From: Candidatus Binatia bacterium
GTDB taxonomy: Bacteria > Desulfobacterota > Binatia > Bin18
Direction: 5' to 3'
DNA: 64,000 nt
NCBI GenBank assembly: GCA_963666315.2
Contig: CAXXHG010000046.1
Coordinates: 96,001 to 160,000 of the forward strand
Below are positions 19,478 through 29,556 of this stretch, piece by piece. The notes beneath the pieces are model-generated. The model was given only the letters and a program-made list of their open reading frames with translations, searched no databases and was not told where the DNA came from. Position numbers and translations under genes: made by a program. Position 1 is the first letter of the stretch. Every line of letters starts with the position of its first letter.

Positions 19478-21361
19478 ATGCTGAAGCAGCTGTCAAAAAT
19501 ACAGGCCGTACTCCTTCCTCTCTCGTTCTTTCTATTTATAGGCACCGAAACCTGGGCGTCGCGTGATGGCGAAACGATCTACAATGGAGAGTGCGCGACC
19601 TGTCATACGAGTGGCGCGGAGCGGATGCCAACGTTGCAAACTTTGAAAGCTATGCCGACTGAATCCATTGTCCAATCCTTAGAATCCGGCACCATGCGGA
19701 TCATTGGCACCTTTAATCTCAACGGGCCGGAACGTGTTGCCGTTGCTGAGTACATCACTGGCAAAACGTACGATCCTAATTGGAATGCTCAGCAGCAAAA
19801 TACATGTACTGACCAAAGCTGGCCGCGCGCAAAAGCTGAAAACACTTTTATCGAACCACACTGGAACGGCTGGGGCAACGGCCTAGAGAATAGGCGTTTC
19901 CAGAATGCCGAGTCTGCCAAACTCAGCCTCAACGATGTGAAAAAGCTTGAACTGCAATGGGCGTTTGCTTTCCCTGGCGAAACCATTGCCGAATCGCAAC
20001 CGACCGTCGTGGGAGGGCGGATCTTCGTTGGCAGTCGAAGCGGCGTGGTGTATTCACTAGACGCCAAAACCGCGTGCATCCACTGGACCTATCAAGCCGA
20101 CGGACCGGTGAAAAATTCAGTCCTTATTGGTGAAGCCACAGTTGGCAGTGCACAGCAGCTGGTCGCCTACTTTGGCGATCTTGGCGGCAACGCCTATGCA
20201 GTCAATGCACAAGACGGACGCCTGCTATGGCGCAAGCGAGTCGACGATCACCCAGCTGCGCGCATTATGGGTAGTTTTCAGTTGATCGGGAATCAGCTTA
20301 TTGTCCCGGTGACTTCTCTTGAGTCCACCCTTGTTGCAAAGGTTGCTGCCACTTGCTGTACATTCCGTGGCAGCGTCGTGTCCTATGACGCGAGCAGTGG
20401 CGAACAACGCTGGAAGCGATACACCATCGACCAGGAACCCGCAAAGGTCGGGGAGAATGCCAACGGCGCGGACATCTATGGACCTGCTGGTGCCACGGTG
20501 TGGACGGCACCGACTTTTGATGCCAAGAAGCGCTTGCTGTATATCGGTACGGGCGAGAATTCCGTCAACCCGCCGACAACAACGAGTGACGCTGTGCTTG
20601 CCGTCAACGTTGACACCTCGGATGTCGTGTGGACCTACTAGGGTTTGAGCGGAGATGCCTGGAATATGTCCTGTGGGACGGAGGACAAAGTCAATTGTCC
20701 TCAAGACGCCGGCCCTGACTATGACATGGGCAGTTCGCCGAGCTTATCCACGCTCGCAAATGGGAAGCGCGTGCTGATTGCAACCCAAAAGTCGGGAGTA
20801 GTGCATGCCCTGGACCCCGATGACAATGGGAAACTGCTGTGGCAGCGACAAGTCGCCCAAGGCGGTATTCTGGGCGGGATCGAATGGGGGCCGGCGACTG
20901 ATGGTAAAAACATCTACGTAGCCATTGCCGACATTAGCTGGGACAGTGAAGACCTGCTCGACCCCGCTTTGGCCCTGAACCCCAATGCAGGCGGTGGCCT
21001 GGTAGCGCTCGACCTTGCAGACGGACACGTGGTGTGGGAAGCGCCTGCGATCACCTGTGGGGACCGCCCGCAGTGCAGCCCAGCCCAAACAGCGGCCGTG
21101 ACTGCGATCCCGGGTGTCGTGTTCGCCGGTTCGATCAGTGGTCATTTGCGTGCGTTCGACACGCGGGACGGTAGGGTGCTCTGGACATACGACACCGCGC
21201 GCACGTACCAAACCGTGAATAAAGCCAAGGGCAAGGGCGGTGCGCTCGATGCCACAGGCCCAGTAGTGGTCGACGGCTGGATGTACGTTGTCTCCGGCTA
21301 CAGCAAATGGGGCGGGCTACCAGGCAACGTCCTGCTTGCCTTTGCTCCGGCCAAGGAGTAG
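19478..21361 (+). pseudogene. Cytochrome c-PQQ dehydrogenase (polyvinyl-alcohol dehydrogenase-like), interrupted by in-frame TAG 20639-20641
   Basis: Signal peptide, CATCH heme motif, PQQ propeller repeats, CCTFRG; WTY*GLSGDAWN continues in frame to GNVLLAF. Confidence 0.85.
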
Positions 21362-21572
21362 TCAGGACCTTTTCTCTTGAAGGAGAAGGTGTCAGCTCAT
21401 CTAGCCTGAGTGCTTCAACGCGATGCGTTGACAGGGCCAATCAGGGTGCTATGGGCAGAAGTAAGAAGCAGTGGGAAAAACCGCTGCACGAGCAGCTGTA
21501 GAGCCGTGCTCTAATACGGTATAGGTCGGTCCGATTCATGTTGGGTCAACGTTCTCCCGACGGAGGAGTCCT

Positions 21573-22712
21573 ATGAAGTTCGGTGTCTTTCTCCCTAACG
21601 GCAGTAATGGCTATATTATGAGCAAGGCGATTACGCCGTATATGCCGACGTGGGAGCTGAACAGAGATATTACCCTTGAAGCGGAGCGCTTCGGGTTTGA
21701 TTTCGTCTTATCCATGATAAAATTTCGCGGGTTCGGTGGCGAGACAGGGTATTGGGATGGGTGCCTGGAGTCGTTTTCGCTTACCTCAGCTTTAGCCACA
21801 GTAACGAAGCGGATCGGATTGATTCCGACTGCGCCGCTCCTAGCGCTTCATCCTGCCTATGTGGCTCGGACAATGGCAACGCTGGACGACATTAGCGGTG
21901 GTCGTGTCGCGCTCAATATTGTCACGGGATGGAATAAGCCCGAGTATGCCCAGATGGGTCTGTGGCGCGGTGATGAGTATTACGAGCAACGCTATGCGTA
22001 TGCGCTCGACTACGTACACGTACTACGAACCCTCTGGAGAGACGGGACAATGACTCACCACAGTCCGTACTTTGATCTGGACGACTGCCAGTGTTTGCCC
22101 ACGCCCACGCACGAGATTCCCCTCGTTTCCGCGGGGCAGTCGAGTGCTGGCCAAGATTTTGTCTCTCGGATTGGTGGACACAGTTTTGCGATGGTTGCCC
22201 CCGACCGGCTGCATGCTATCGCCTCCGGCCTCAAGCAAGCGGGAGCCAAGTACGGTACGCGGGTGGGCATCTACGGATTGTTTCAAATTGTCGCAGCAGA
22301 AACCGACGACCAAGCCTGGCAGACGGCCGCAGATATCGTGGCCGGAGGCGATATAGAAGCAATCAAGTCGCTGGTTTATTCCGCAAGTCTGGATACGGTC
22401 AAGGGTGGCACCTCGGGCCAGTTCCGGAATGAAGACGCTGGCGCTGATGAAGACTTGCTGGCCGGGGACATTGAGGCCGGGAATATGGTTTTTATGAATG
22501 TGCCCGTCCTGGTGGGCTCATATGAGACGATCGCCCGAAAGATCGACAATATTTCCAAGGATCAGAACATTGAGGGTATGTTATTCACCTGGCCGGACTG
22601 GGTCGCAGGGATTCAAACTTTTGGCGATCGTATATTACCGCTGCTCAACTGTCGGAAAGATTGGGATGGTGCAACCATGGGAGACCTACGGACACTCCGA
22701 GCCGACTTCTGA
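21573..22712 (+). CDS. LLM-class flavin monooxygenase, RutA-like
   Basis: MKFGVFLPNGSNGYIMS..PYMPTWELN, SMIKFRGFGGET, SAGQS. Confidence 0.85.
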   Translation: MKFGVFLPNGSNGYIMSKAITPYMPTWELNRDITLEAERFGFDFVLSMIKFRGFGGETGYWDGCLESFSLTSALATVTKRIGLIPTAPLLALHPAYVARTMATLDDISGGRVALNIVTGWNKPEYAQMGLWRGDEYYEQRYAYALDYVHVLRTLWRDGTMTHHSPYFDLDDCQCLPTPTHEIPLVSAGQSSAGQDFVSRIGGHSFAMVAPDRLHAIASGLKQAGAKYGTRVGIYGLFQIVAAETDDQAWQTAADIVAGGDIEAIKSLVYSASLDTVKGGTSGQFRNEDAGADEDLLAGDIEAGNMVFMNVPVLVGSYETIARKIDNISKDQNIEGMLFTWPDWVAGIQTFGDRILPLLNCRKDWDGATMGDLRTLRADF

Positions 22713-22752
22713 ATCATTCTCCTCTTATCCATCGATTCAAAAGGAAAAAACC

Positions 22753-24355
22753 ATGCAAAAATCGACGCGCGGAGCCCCAGGTATGACGGCGCAGGAAGAT
22801 CATACCGGCAATGGCCAAGCACCACATCAGTCCAAGGATACACAGCCAAGAGTCGTACGCGAGCCGCCAACGGGCAAGGAATTTCTGGAAGGGCTGCGCG
22901 ACGGGCGCGTCATCTATTTTGATGGTGAGTTAGTCAAAGATGTCACCACCCATCCGGCCTTTGCCACCAGCGCCCGTTCGTATGCCCGCATGTACGACAC
23001 GCTGCATGACCCAGAGAAGTATGATGTGTTGACCTACGTAACTGAGCGAGGCGCCCGTTCACATAAGTTCTACAAGCTGCCACGTACTCACCAAGACCTC
23101 TTCGAGGCGCGGGATGCGATCGCCGAGTGGGCACGACTACAAGGCCGCGTTAGTCGGGACCCTGGCCTGTGACGTAGACTTCTACGGTGAGTACGCTCCG
23201 AACGTACAGCGTTGGTATGAAAAGATCGCCGATGAGGTGATGTTCGTCAATCTGAGTCTGGTCAATCCAGCTGGCGACCGTTCAAAGCCACCGGCTGAGC
23301 AGCGCGATGTCTACATGCACGTCGTTAAAGAGCGAGACGATGGCATTGTTGTTCGTGTTGCTCGCATGGTCTCCACTGGGGCCGCCTTCAGCCATGTCGC
23401 CTATATGAGCCAGTATATCCAGCCGGCGGGACTGGCTGAGAACGAAGAAGACTTCGCGATCGGCTTCTTCGTGCCCTTCAATGTCCCAGGCCTCACGTTC
23501 ATGGGCCGGTACTCCCACGAATATCTGGCTAAAAAGATCGGCTCTCCTTTTGACTACCCGCTCTCCAGCCGGTTTGACGAGTCTGATCTGAGTATCGTGC
23601 TCGACGACGTGTTTATCCCCTGGGAAGATGTGACTGTGTACCGCAACCCTGCGGTTGTGAACGGTCTCTTCCCGCGAGGCTTTGCCCGGCGGTTTGCCTT
23701 CCACGCTGCTGCACGGACTGCAGTCAAGCTCGATTTTATCTGCGGCCTGTTCCTCCAGGCGACAGAGATGCAGCAGAAGACCGGCTTCCGCGAGGTACAA
23801 GCGGTGATCGGCGAGTTACTCGGCATGCGGCACAATATCTGGGCCCTCTCCACGGCAATGGCCGCCGATGCCGAGCCTGGGCCAGGGGGGTATTTGCTGC
23901 CAAAGACAGAGTACGCACTCCAGTGGCGCAATATTTACGGCGACACCTTTAGCCGGGCTCGGACCATGTTTCACAATCTGCTGTCCGGCAACTTGATCCA
24001 GATTCCTTCTTCGGCTCAGGACTTCAAGAATCCAGACAGTCGACCATTACTTGACCGTTACTGGAAAGGCGCGACCGCCACGGCGGAGGAACGGGTGAAG
24101 CTGTTGCGCGTGATCTGGGATATGTTTTTGACAGAGTTCGCTGGCCGGACAGAGGCCCACGAACGCAACTTCGCCGGCGGCTACGAAGCGAATCGGGTCG
24201 AGACATACCAAGCGGCAGAGCATTCGGGCCTGAATTCCAAGATGAAAGCCATGGTCGACGAATGCATGAGTCACTACGATCTCGACGGCTGGACGGATTC
24301 TACGTGGGCAGACGTGCCCTGGTCGACCTCGGATTCAAAACCAGATTCAGAATAG
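22753..24355 (+). pseudogene. 4-hydroxyphenylacetate 3-hydroxylase (HpaB)-family oxygenase, frameshifted by a deletion near 23135
   Basis: TGKEFLEGLRDGR, DVTTHPAF, DYPLSSRFDESD; EWARL joined out of frame to DYKAA. Confidence 0.85.
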
Positions 24356-24391
24356 GCAGACTGTCTGGCCAGCAACTAAAGGAACCAGCAT

Positions 24392-25672
24392 TCAGTCAGC
24401 TACGCCCTCGGCTGGCATACTTTCAGGTTCCCACACAATCGGCCGAATCGGAACGGTCAACAGAATGATCGAACAGACAACGCCGACACCTGCGGAAACA
24501 AAAAACGGCAGTAGCCAATTACCATCACCCGCGAGCATATAGCCCGCGCTCAGCGGTCCCAGAAATCCAGCGAATGTTCCCAAGGTGTTAATAAAGCCAA
24601 ATATCGCACCAGCCAAATTCGGATTAAATTCCATCGCCACGGTCGAAAAGCCAGACAACGCAGTCGTAAAACAGGTGTAGAAGAGAACCAGGAAGACGAC
24701 ACATACTCCGGCCGATGGAGTCAGCGCAGCAGTTAATAAACAGGGGACTGCGCATGCAACGCCTATCCCCCCTAATCGCAGACGGGCAAACTCAGCGCTC
24801 CAGCCCTTCCGCAACAGATAATCTGCCAGCGCGCCACCGCCAACCAGTCCAATAAACCCGCCCCCATGCACAAAAACACCGAGCGTCCCCATGGCCATGA
24901 GTGTAAAACCTCGTGCTTCTACCAAATAGGTCGGAAACCAAAACAAAAACAGCCAACCAATATAGGCAAAACACATAAAACCAAGCGCAATCACCAGCAG
25001 CGACCAGTTAGTAAAGAGAAGCCCAAGCGGTAGCGGCACCTTCGGCTTGGGACTGACATGCGCCGCAATATAACTCTGTTCCTCAGCCGTAACGCTGGCA
25101 TGGGTTTCAGGAGAATCCGTCGCATACCAGAGCCAGATAAAAATCCACACGATTCCCAGGATGGCATTCACATAAAAAACCATATGCCACGAACTGTGCA
25201 GAATAATCCAGGTCGTGAGCGGATAGGCCACCATCTGGCCGACTGTAATACCGGAGATGCTGATATTATGAGCCAGGCCAAACTCAGAGCGTGGAATCCA
25301 GCGGGCATTGATCGATGCCATAGCCGGGAATGTCATGGACTCGAACACGCCGACCAAAAAACGATACGCTAACAGCAGAGCAAACGCCCGCTCGGCAAAC
25401 GGAGTCAAAAAGGTAAACACTGAAAAGCCCAAAAAAGCGAGGGCCAAAACCTTGCGGCCACTCCAGCGATCCGCCAGCACGCCGCCCGGCAGCTGTCCGC
25501 TGGCATAGCCAATCAAAAAGATTGAAAACACCCAGCCGAAGAGGTCTTTATCCCACCCTGTGGCCGCCATTATGACCGGAGCCGCAACAGAGATATTGAC
25601 CCGATCGATGTAATTAATGACCGAGCTGCAAAACAGGAGCCCAATCATGTTGTAGCGAACCGGCCAAGCCAT
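24392..25672 (-). CDS. MFS transporter (ACS family)
   Basis: INYIDRVNISVA, GVLADRWSGR, many TM helices. Confidence 0.92.
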   Translation of the reverse strand: MAWPVRYNMIGLLFCSSVINYIDRVNISVAAPVIMAATGWDKDLFGWVFSIFLIGYASGQLPGGVLADRWSGRKVLALAFLGFSVFTFLTPFAERAFALLLAYRFLVGVFESMTFPAMASINARWIPRSEFGLAHNISISGITVGQMVAYPLTTWIILHSSWHMVFYVNAILGIVWIFIWLWYATDSPETHASVTAEEQSYIAAHVSPKPKVPLPLGLLFTNWSLLVIALGFMCFAYIGWLFLFWFPTYLVEARGFTLMAMGTLGVFVHGGGFIGLVGGGALADYLLRKGWSAEFARLRLGGIGVACAVPCLLTAALTPSAGVCVVFLVLFYTCFTTALSGFSTVAMEFNPNLAGAIFGFINTLGTFAGFLGPLSAGYMLAGDGNWLLPFFVSAGVGVVCSIILLTVPIRPIVWEPESMPAEGVAD

Positions 25673-25718
25673 TATTCTTGCCTGCTTCCTTGAATCCGAG
25701 CCGTGCTCCCACGTGCTC

Positions 25719-26813
25719 TTACCATGTCCCCCTGCGCTGAGAGCCGCCTGGGCCGCTATAGGAGGCAGTATAGCCCGGCTCACGCTGGAACAGATCTTTC
25801 GGAATCGTATCGACCGCTTGTTTCCAGGCTGCGACTAATCGATCCTCGGCTGCATAGTCAAACGGATCTTGCAGCATCGTTTCCTCTCGCCCCCCACGTT
25901 CCAGTGGATTGTCGCGCAGCCACACCGCGGCCTGTTTGATACCTTCAACTGGCAAGACAATATCCCGATAGCCCAGCTCTGATTTTATTTTGGTGAGATC
26001 AAACACGCGGTGGGTCGTCCAGGGTTGTGTGATTAAGGGCCTGGCGCTTATGGCCAGCTCGTACGGCATCGAAACAATCTCCCACACGTGATCGAGAGCT
26101 TCAGCACACAGTTGCACCACTTGTTTCAGAGTTAAGACATGATCATCCCCACAGTTGTACACCTGTCCGGCTGCAACCTCGGGTTGATCCACGGCCAGCA
26201 GCAAGGCGTGAGCGACGTTAGCAGCCGCCCCAGAGTGGTTCAGCGATAAACCGTCATCGGGAATGATGATGGAAGAACGTTTGTCCACTATACGTCGGAC
26301 AATGGGCCATTCTCGCGGGACGACTTGATACGCTCCATAGATTTGAGGATAGCGAAAATGAGTGGCGCTGGGGTGGTGTTTGAATACCACTTCCTCCGAG
26401 CGATACACCCGGAAGCCTTTGCCATCTTCGGCTTCGCTCGCAGTCTTGGTCGCATCTTCGGCAGTGGGTACAGGTAGTCCCGGAGGTTGAACCATGTCGG
26501 CATTCATATAGCCTCGGTAAGCGGGCCCCCCACCAACCGAGATAAACCGCTCAGTCCGACCGACCATAATCTCGACCACCCGACGCAAGCGGCCGTACAT
26601 GGCCATGGTCAGATCAAAATGAGAATCGCCAAGGGCATCAATCAATGCCTGGTCATCAAACGGGTTAGTATGAAGGTGGACCACAGATTCAGGAATCTCA
26701 TCCACCTCGTGGTTGCCGGTATGCAAAATAGACACATCGAATCCGCGCTCGATCAATCCATTGACGATAAAGTGCCCCGTCGGTCCAGTCCCACCGATGA
26801 CTAAGGCCTGCAT
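25719..26813 (-). CDS. NAD-dependent epimerase/dehydratase family protein
   Basis: LVIGGTGPTG, RYPQIYG, GQVYNCGD. Confidence 0.85.
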   Translation of the reverse strand: MQALVIGGTGPTGHFIVNGLIERGFDVSILHTGNHEVDEIPESVVHLHTNPFDDQALIDALGDSHFDLTMAMYGRLRRVVEIMVGRTERFISVGGGPAYRGYMNADMVQPPGLPVPTAEDATKTASEAEDGKGFRVYRSEEVVFKHHPSATHFRYPQIYGAYQVVPREWPIVRRIVDKRSSIIIPDDGLSLNHSGAAANVAHALLLAVDQPEVAAGQVYNCGDDHVLTLKQVVQLCAEALDHVWEIVSMPYELAISARPLITQPWTTHRVFDLTKIKSELGYRDIVLPVEGIKQAAVWLRDNPLERGGREETMLQDPFDYAAEDRLVAAWKQAVDTIPKDLFQREPGYTASYSGPGGSQRRGTW

Positions 26814-26912
26814 TGTTGTTTCACTCCAGTATTCTCTTCATTTATTCCCTAGCCTCGGCATCACCTGGCGATGATCGCTAGGAGGGGCCGATCTCGATTA
26901 TGTGACGCATTA

Positions 26913-26943
26913 CCCGGATTCCACTCCGTTCCATCCAGGCTAC
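26913..26943 (-). repeat. GTAG-headed REP family B
   Basis: rc GTAGCCTGGATGGAACGGAGTGGAATCCGGG; also at 58566-58596, 60204-60234, variant 60274-60304. Confidence 0.85.
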
Positions 26944-26971
26944 GCTATTTGACTTGCTCTCTCCGTTTTCT

Positions 26972-28792
26972 CTACCTGGGAATAATCGGCAGTAGGACAT
27001 ACGATGCGCGGTCATCCTGATGGAACACGGTCTGCTGGGCTGACACCCACTGTGTTCCCTCGCCAAACGGCTCGCCCGTATTCAGGTTGCGATCAAACTC
27101 GGGGAAATGGCTGGAGCTGATTTCTAGCCGGATGCGATGGCCCGGCAAGAAGACGTTACTCGTCGCCCATAGATCAATCATAAACTGATACGGCTTGCCC
27201 ACTTCCAGCAATTCAGGCGTGCTCGCCGAGTCCCGATAGCGGGCCCGGATAATGCCATTAAGCAGATTCTGCGCGTAACCGTCTGGATGGACATCAATCA
27301 GTTTGGCCGTGAAGTCAGTATCAACGGCTGAAGAGGATGCCCACAACGTAACCGTTACTGGTCCGGTAATTTCCAACGACTGGGTGAGCGGTTCGGAGGT
27401 ATAGACGAGGACGTCATTGCGTTCTTCGACCGGGCGTTGGTCCTGGACACCCATATCAACCGTAAGATTATTGCCGCCCAGCGACGGAGCAGGATTGTCG
27501 GGGTCATAGACATAGGTGTCTATCTGTTCCTGGCTGGGCGGGACGGTTGAGAGCGTCCCATTGCCGTTCAGTGTGTTCGCCTCGCCGCCACTGTGTAGGA
27601 AGTAACGAACCTGGCGCATATTGGGCGGTGGCCAATTGGACAGATGCTGCCAGCGGTTCTCACCAAGAGTGAAGACGCTGACCGGCGGCTCGTCCATCAT
27701 GCCGTTGTCCACATCTTTGAGCCAATAGTCAAACCAGCGCAGCAAGGTTTCATTCAGGTCGATCAAGGCATTCGGACCAAAATCAATATCGCCTGCGCCA
27801 CGTGAACTCGGCGTGGTATACGGCAGCAAGTGACCCCATGGTCCGATGATCAGCCGTTGGCCGCCCCTCGCCGCTTCAGACTGGCTTTTGGCGGTGATGC
27901 TCTGATAGGCGGCTGGCCCACCCTCAGCAAACGTATCGTACCATGAGGTAACGTGCAGCATGGGCGTACTGATCGTCTCAGCAAAGTGGTTCACATTGGC
28001 CCGGTACCAGTACTCGCCGTCGTCGGCATGCGCGATATGATCCGCCATATACGGGGCGGTTTCTTTGAGCAGCTCGCCCCAGTCTTTGATTGGCAAGTGC
28101 CGATACCATTCATCAGTCAGCGGGGTGAACGCGTTTAAGCCCCAGCGGGTCGTCCGTACTCCGGCTAACTCACCGCCTTCAACATACTCCTTCATTTTTT
28201 CCATCAGATCTCTGCGCCCTTGGCGTTTGAGCGTGTCCAGACCCTTGAATATGGCATACGGCACCATCCAGCCCCACTTCGACACCCCGCCGGTCTGGTA
28301 GATCCAACTGGCATGGTAGTCAGCCGAGGCCGAGACTGGAGCCATGCACTGCAGGGACGGCGGCATAGGGTCATTACACGCAATCAGATATTGCGTCAGC
28401 CCCAAATAAGATTGGCCCGTCATCCCTACCCGTCCATTTGACCACGGCAACCGGGCTGCCCATTCGACGGCATCGTAGCCGTCGGGCGCTTCTTGAAAGA
28501 TCGTGTCGTATTCGCCTTCAGACTCAAAACGGCCGCGACAGTCCTGGGTAATACAGACATAGCCATACTGGGCATACGAGGCATTCAGTCCATTGGGATC
28601 GGCGGAGCCCTTTTTGCCGTACGGGGTGCGGCTTAGCAGGACGGGAAAACGCTCGGCCGAGTCCGGCCGGACCACATCAGCATACAGCGTGAGCCCATCT
28701 CGTGTCTTCATGGGGACATTTTCTTCGGTAGTGACTTTGTATTGTTTGCGCGCTGGGACGATCATACCTGGCTCCTCCTCAGTATGCTTCAT
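26972..28792 (-). CDS. CocE/NonD family hydrolase
   Basis: RTPYGK, QDCRGRFESEG, GQSYLG, IGPWGH, SSHFPEFDRN. Confidence 0.93.
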   Translation of the reverse strand: MKHTEEEPGMIVPARKQYKVTTEENVPMKTRDGLTLYADVVRPDSAERFPVLLSRTPYGKKGSADPNGLNASYAQYGYVCITQDCRGRFESEGEYDTIFQEAPDGYDAVEWAARLPWSNGRVGMTGQSYLGLTQYLIACNDPMPPSLQCMAPVSASADYHASWIYQTGGVSKWGWMVPYAIFKGLDTLKRQGRRDLMEKMKEYVEGGELAGVRTTRWGLNAFTPLTDEWYRHLPIKDWGELLKETAPYMADHIAHADDGEYWYRANVNHFAETISTPMLHVTSWYDTFAEGGPAAYQSITAKSQSEAARGGQRLIIGPWGHLLPYTTPSSRGAGDIDFGPNALIDLNETLLRWFDYWLKDVDNGMMDEPPVSVFTLGENRWQHLSNWPPPNMRQVRYFLHSGGEANTLNGNGTLSTVPPSQEQIDTYVYDPDNPAPSLGGNNLTVDMGVQDQRPVEERNDVLVYTSEPLTQSLEITGPVTVTLWASSSAVDTDFTAKLIDVHPDGYAQNLLNGIIRARYRDSASTPELLEVGKPYQFMIDLWATSNVFLPGHRIRLEISSSHFPEFDRNLNTGEPFGEGTQWVSAQQTVFHQDDRASYVLLPIIPR

Positions 28793-28878
28793 AGCACGTA
28801 TGCGTCATACCACCTCAACAATGCGCGCGATACAATTGATACTGCTTCTTTTTGATGCGTATCCATGTAACCAATCCC

Positions 28879-28940
28879 GTAGGTCGGGTTAGCGTAGCGT
28901 AACCCGACACATCAGACTCGGTGCGCAGGCCGCACCCTAC
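28879..28940. repeat. REP doublet upstream of the cyclase tandem
   Basis: GTAGGTCGGGTTAGCGTAGCGTAACCCGACAC followed by inverted GGTGCGCAGGCCGCACCCTAC. Confidence 0.8.
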
Positions 28941-29528
28941 GGGAAGAGTTGTACTGTGACAGTCGAAGAGATAAATAATCCCAGAGGCTAACCTATGACG
29001 TTCGATGAGGTATTGGATCAGGTCCGCGACTTATTGCAGCAACGCGGGCGGGTGACCTATCGGTCACTCAAGCTGCGCTTTCAGCTGGACGATGAAATGC
29101 TCGCAGGTGTGAGCGAAGAGCTCATCGAAGCCGAGCGGGCGGCACGGGACGATAATGGGAAAGTCCTCGTCTGGACCGGCGGCGATGAAGCAGCCGCTAC
29201 GCCAAGTGATACTCCACCCCTTACACCAACTTCCCCGGTGAAATCCTTGAAGCTGGAAGCTGAGCGGCGACAGCTGACGGTCATGTTCTGTGACTTGGTC
29301 AGCTCGACAGCCCTTTCGGAGCAACTCGACCCCGAAGAGCTACGGGAGATAGTGCGCGCCTACCAACAAACCAGTGCAAAAGTCATTGAACGCTACGAGG
29401 GTTATATCGCCCAATATCTGGGCGACGGCATACTTGTGTACTTCGGTTACCCGACTGCTCATGAAGATGATGCCGCGGGAGCCGCACGGGCCGGGTTGGA
29501 AATTGTTGCTGCATTACAAAAGCGAAAC

Positions 29529-29556
29529 GTAGGGGCGACCGGCCGGTCGCCCCTAC
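29529..29556. repeat. Perfect 28-bp GTAG palindrome embedded in frame in the cyclase domain
   Basis: GTAGGGGCGACCGGCCGGTCGCCCCTAC encodes VGATGRSPL; near-identical intergenic copy at 49093-49119. Confidence 0.9.
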
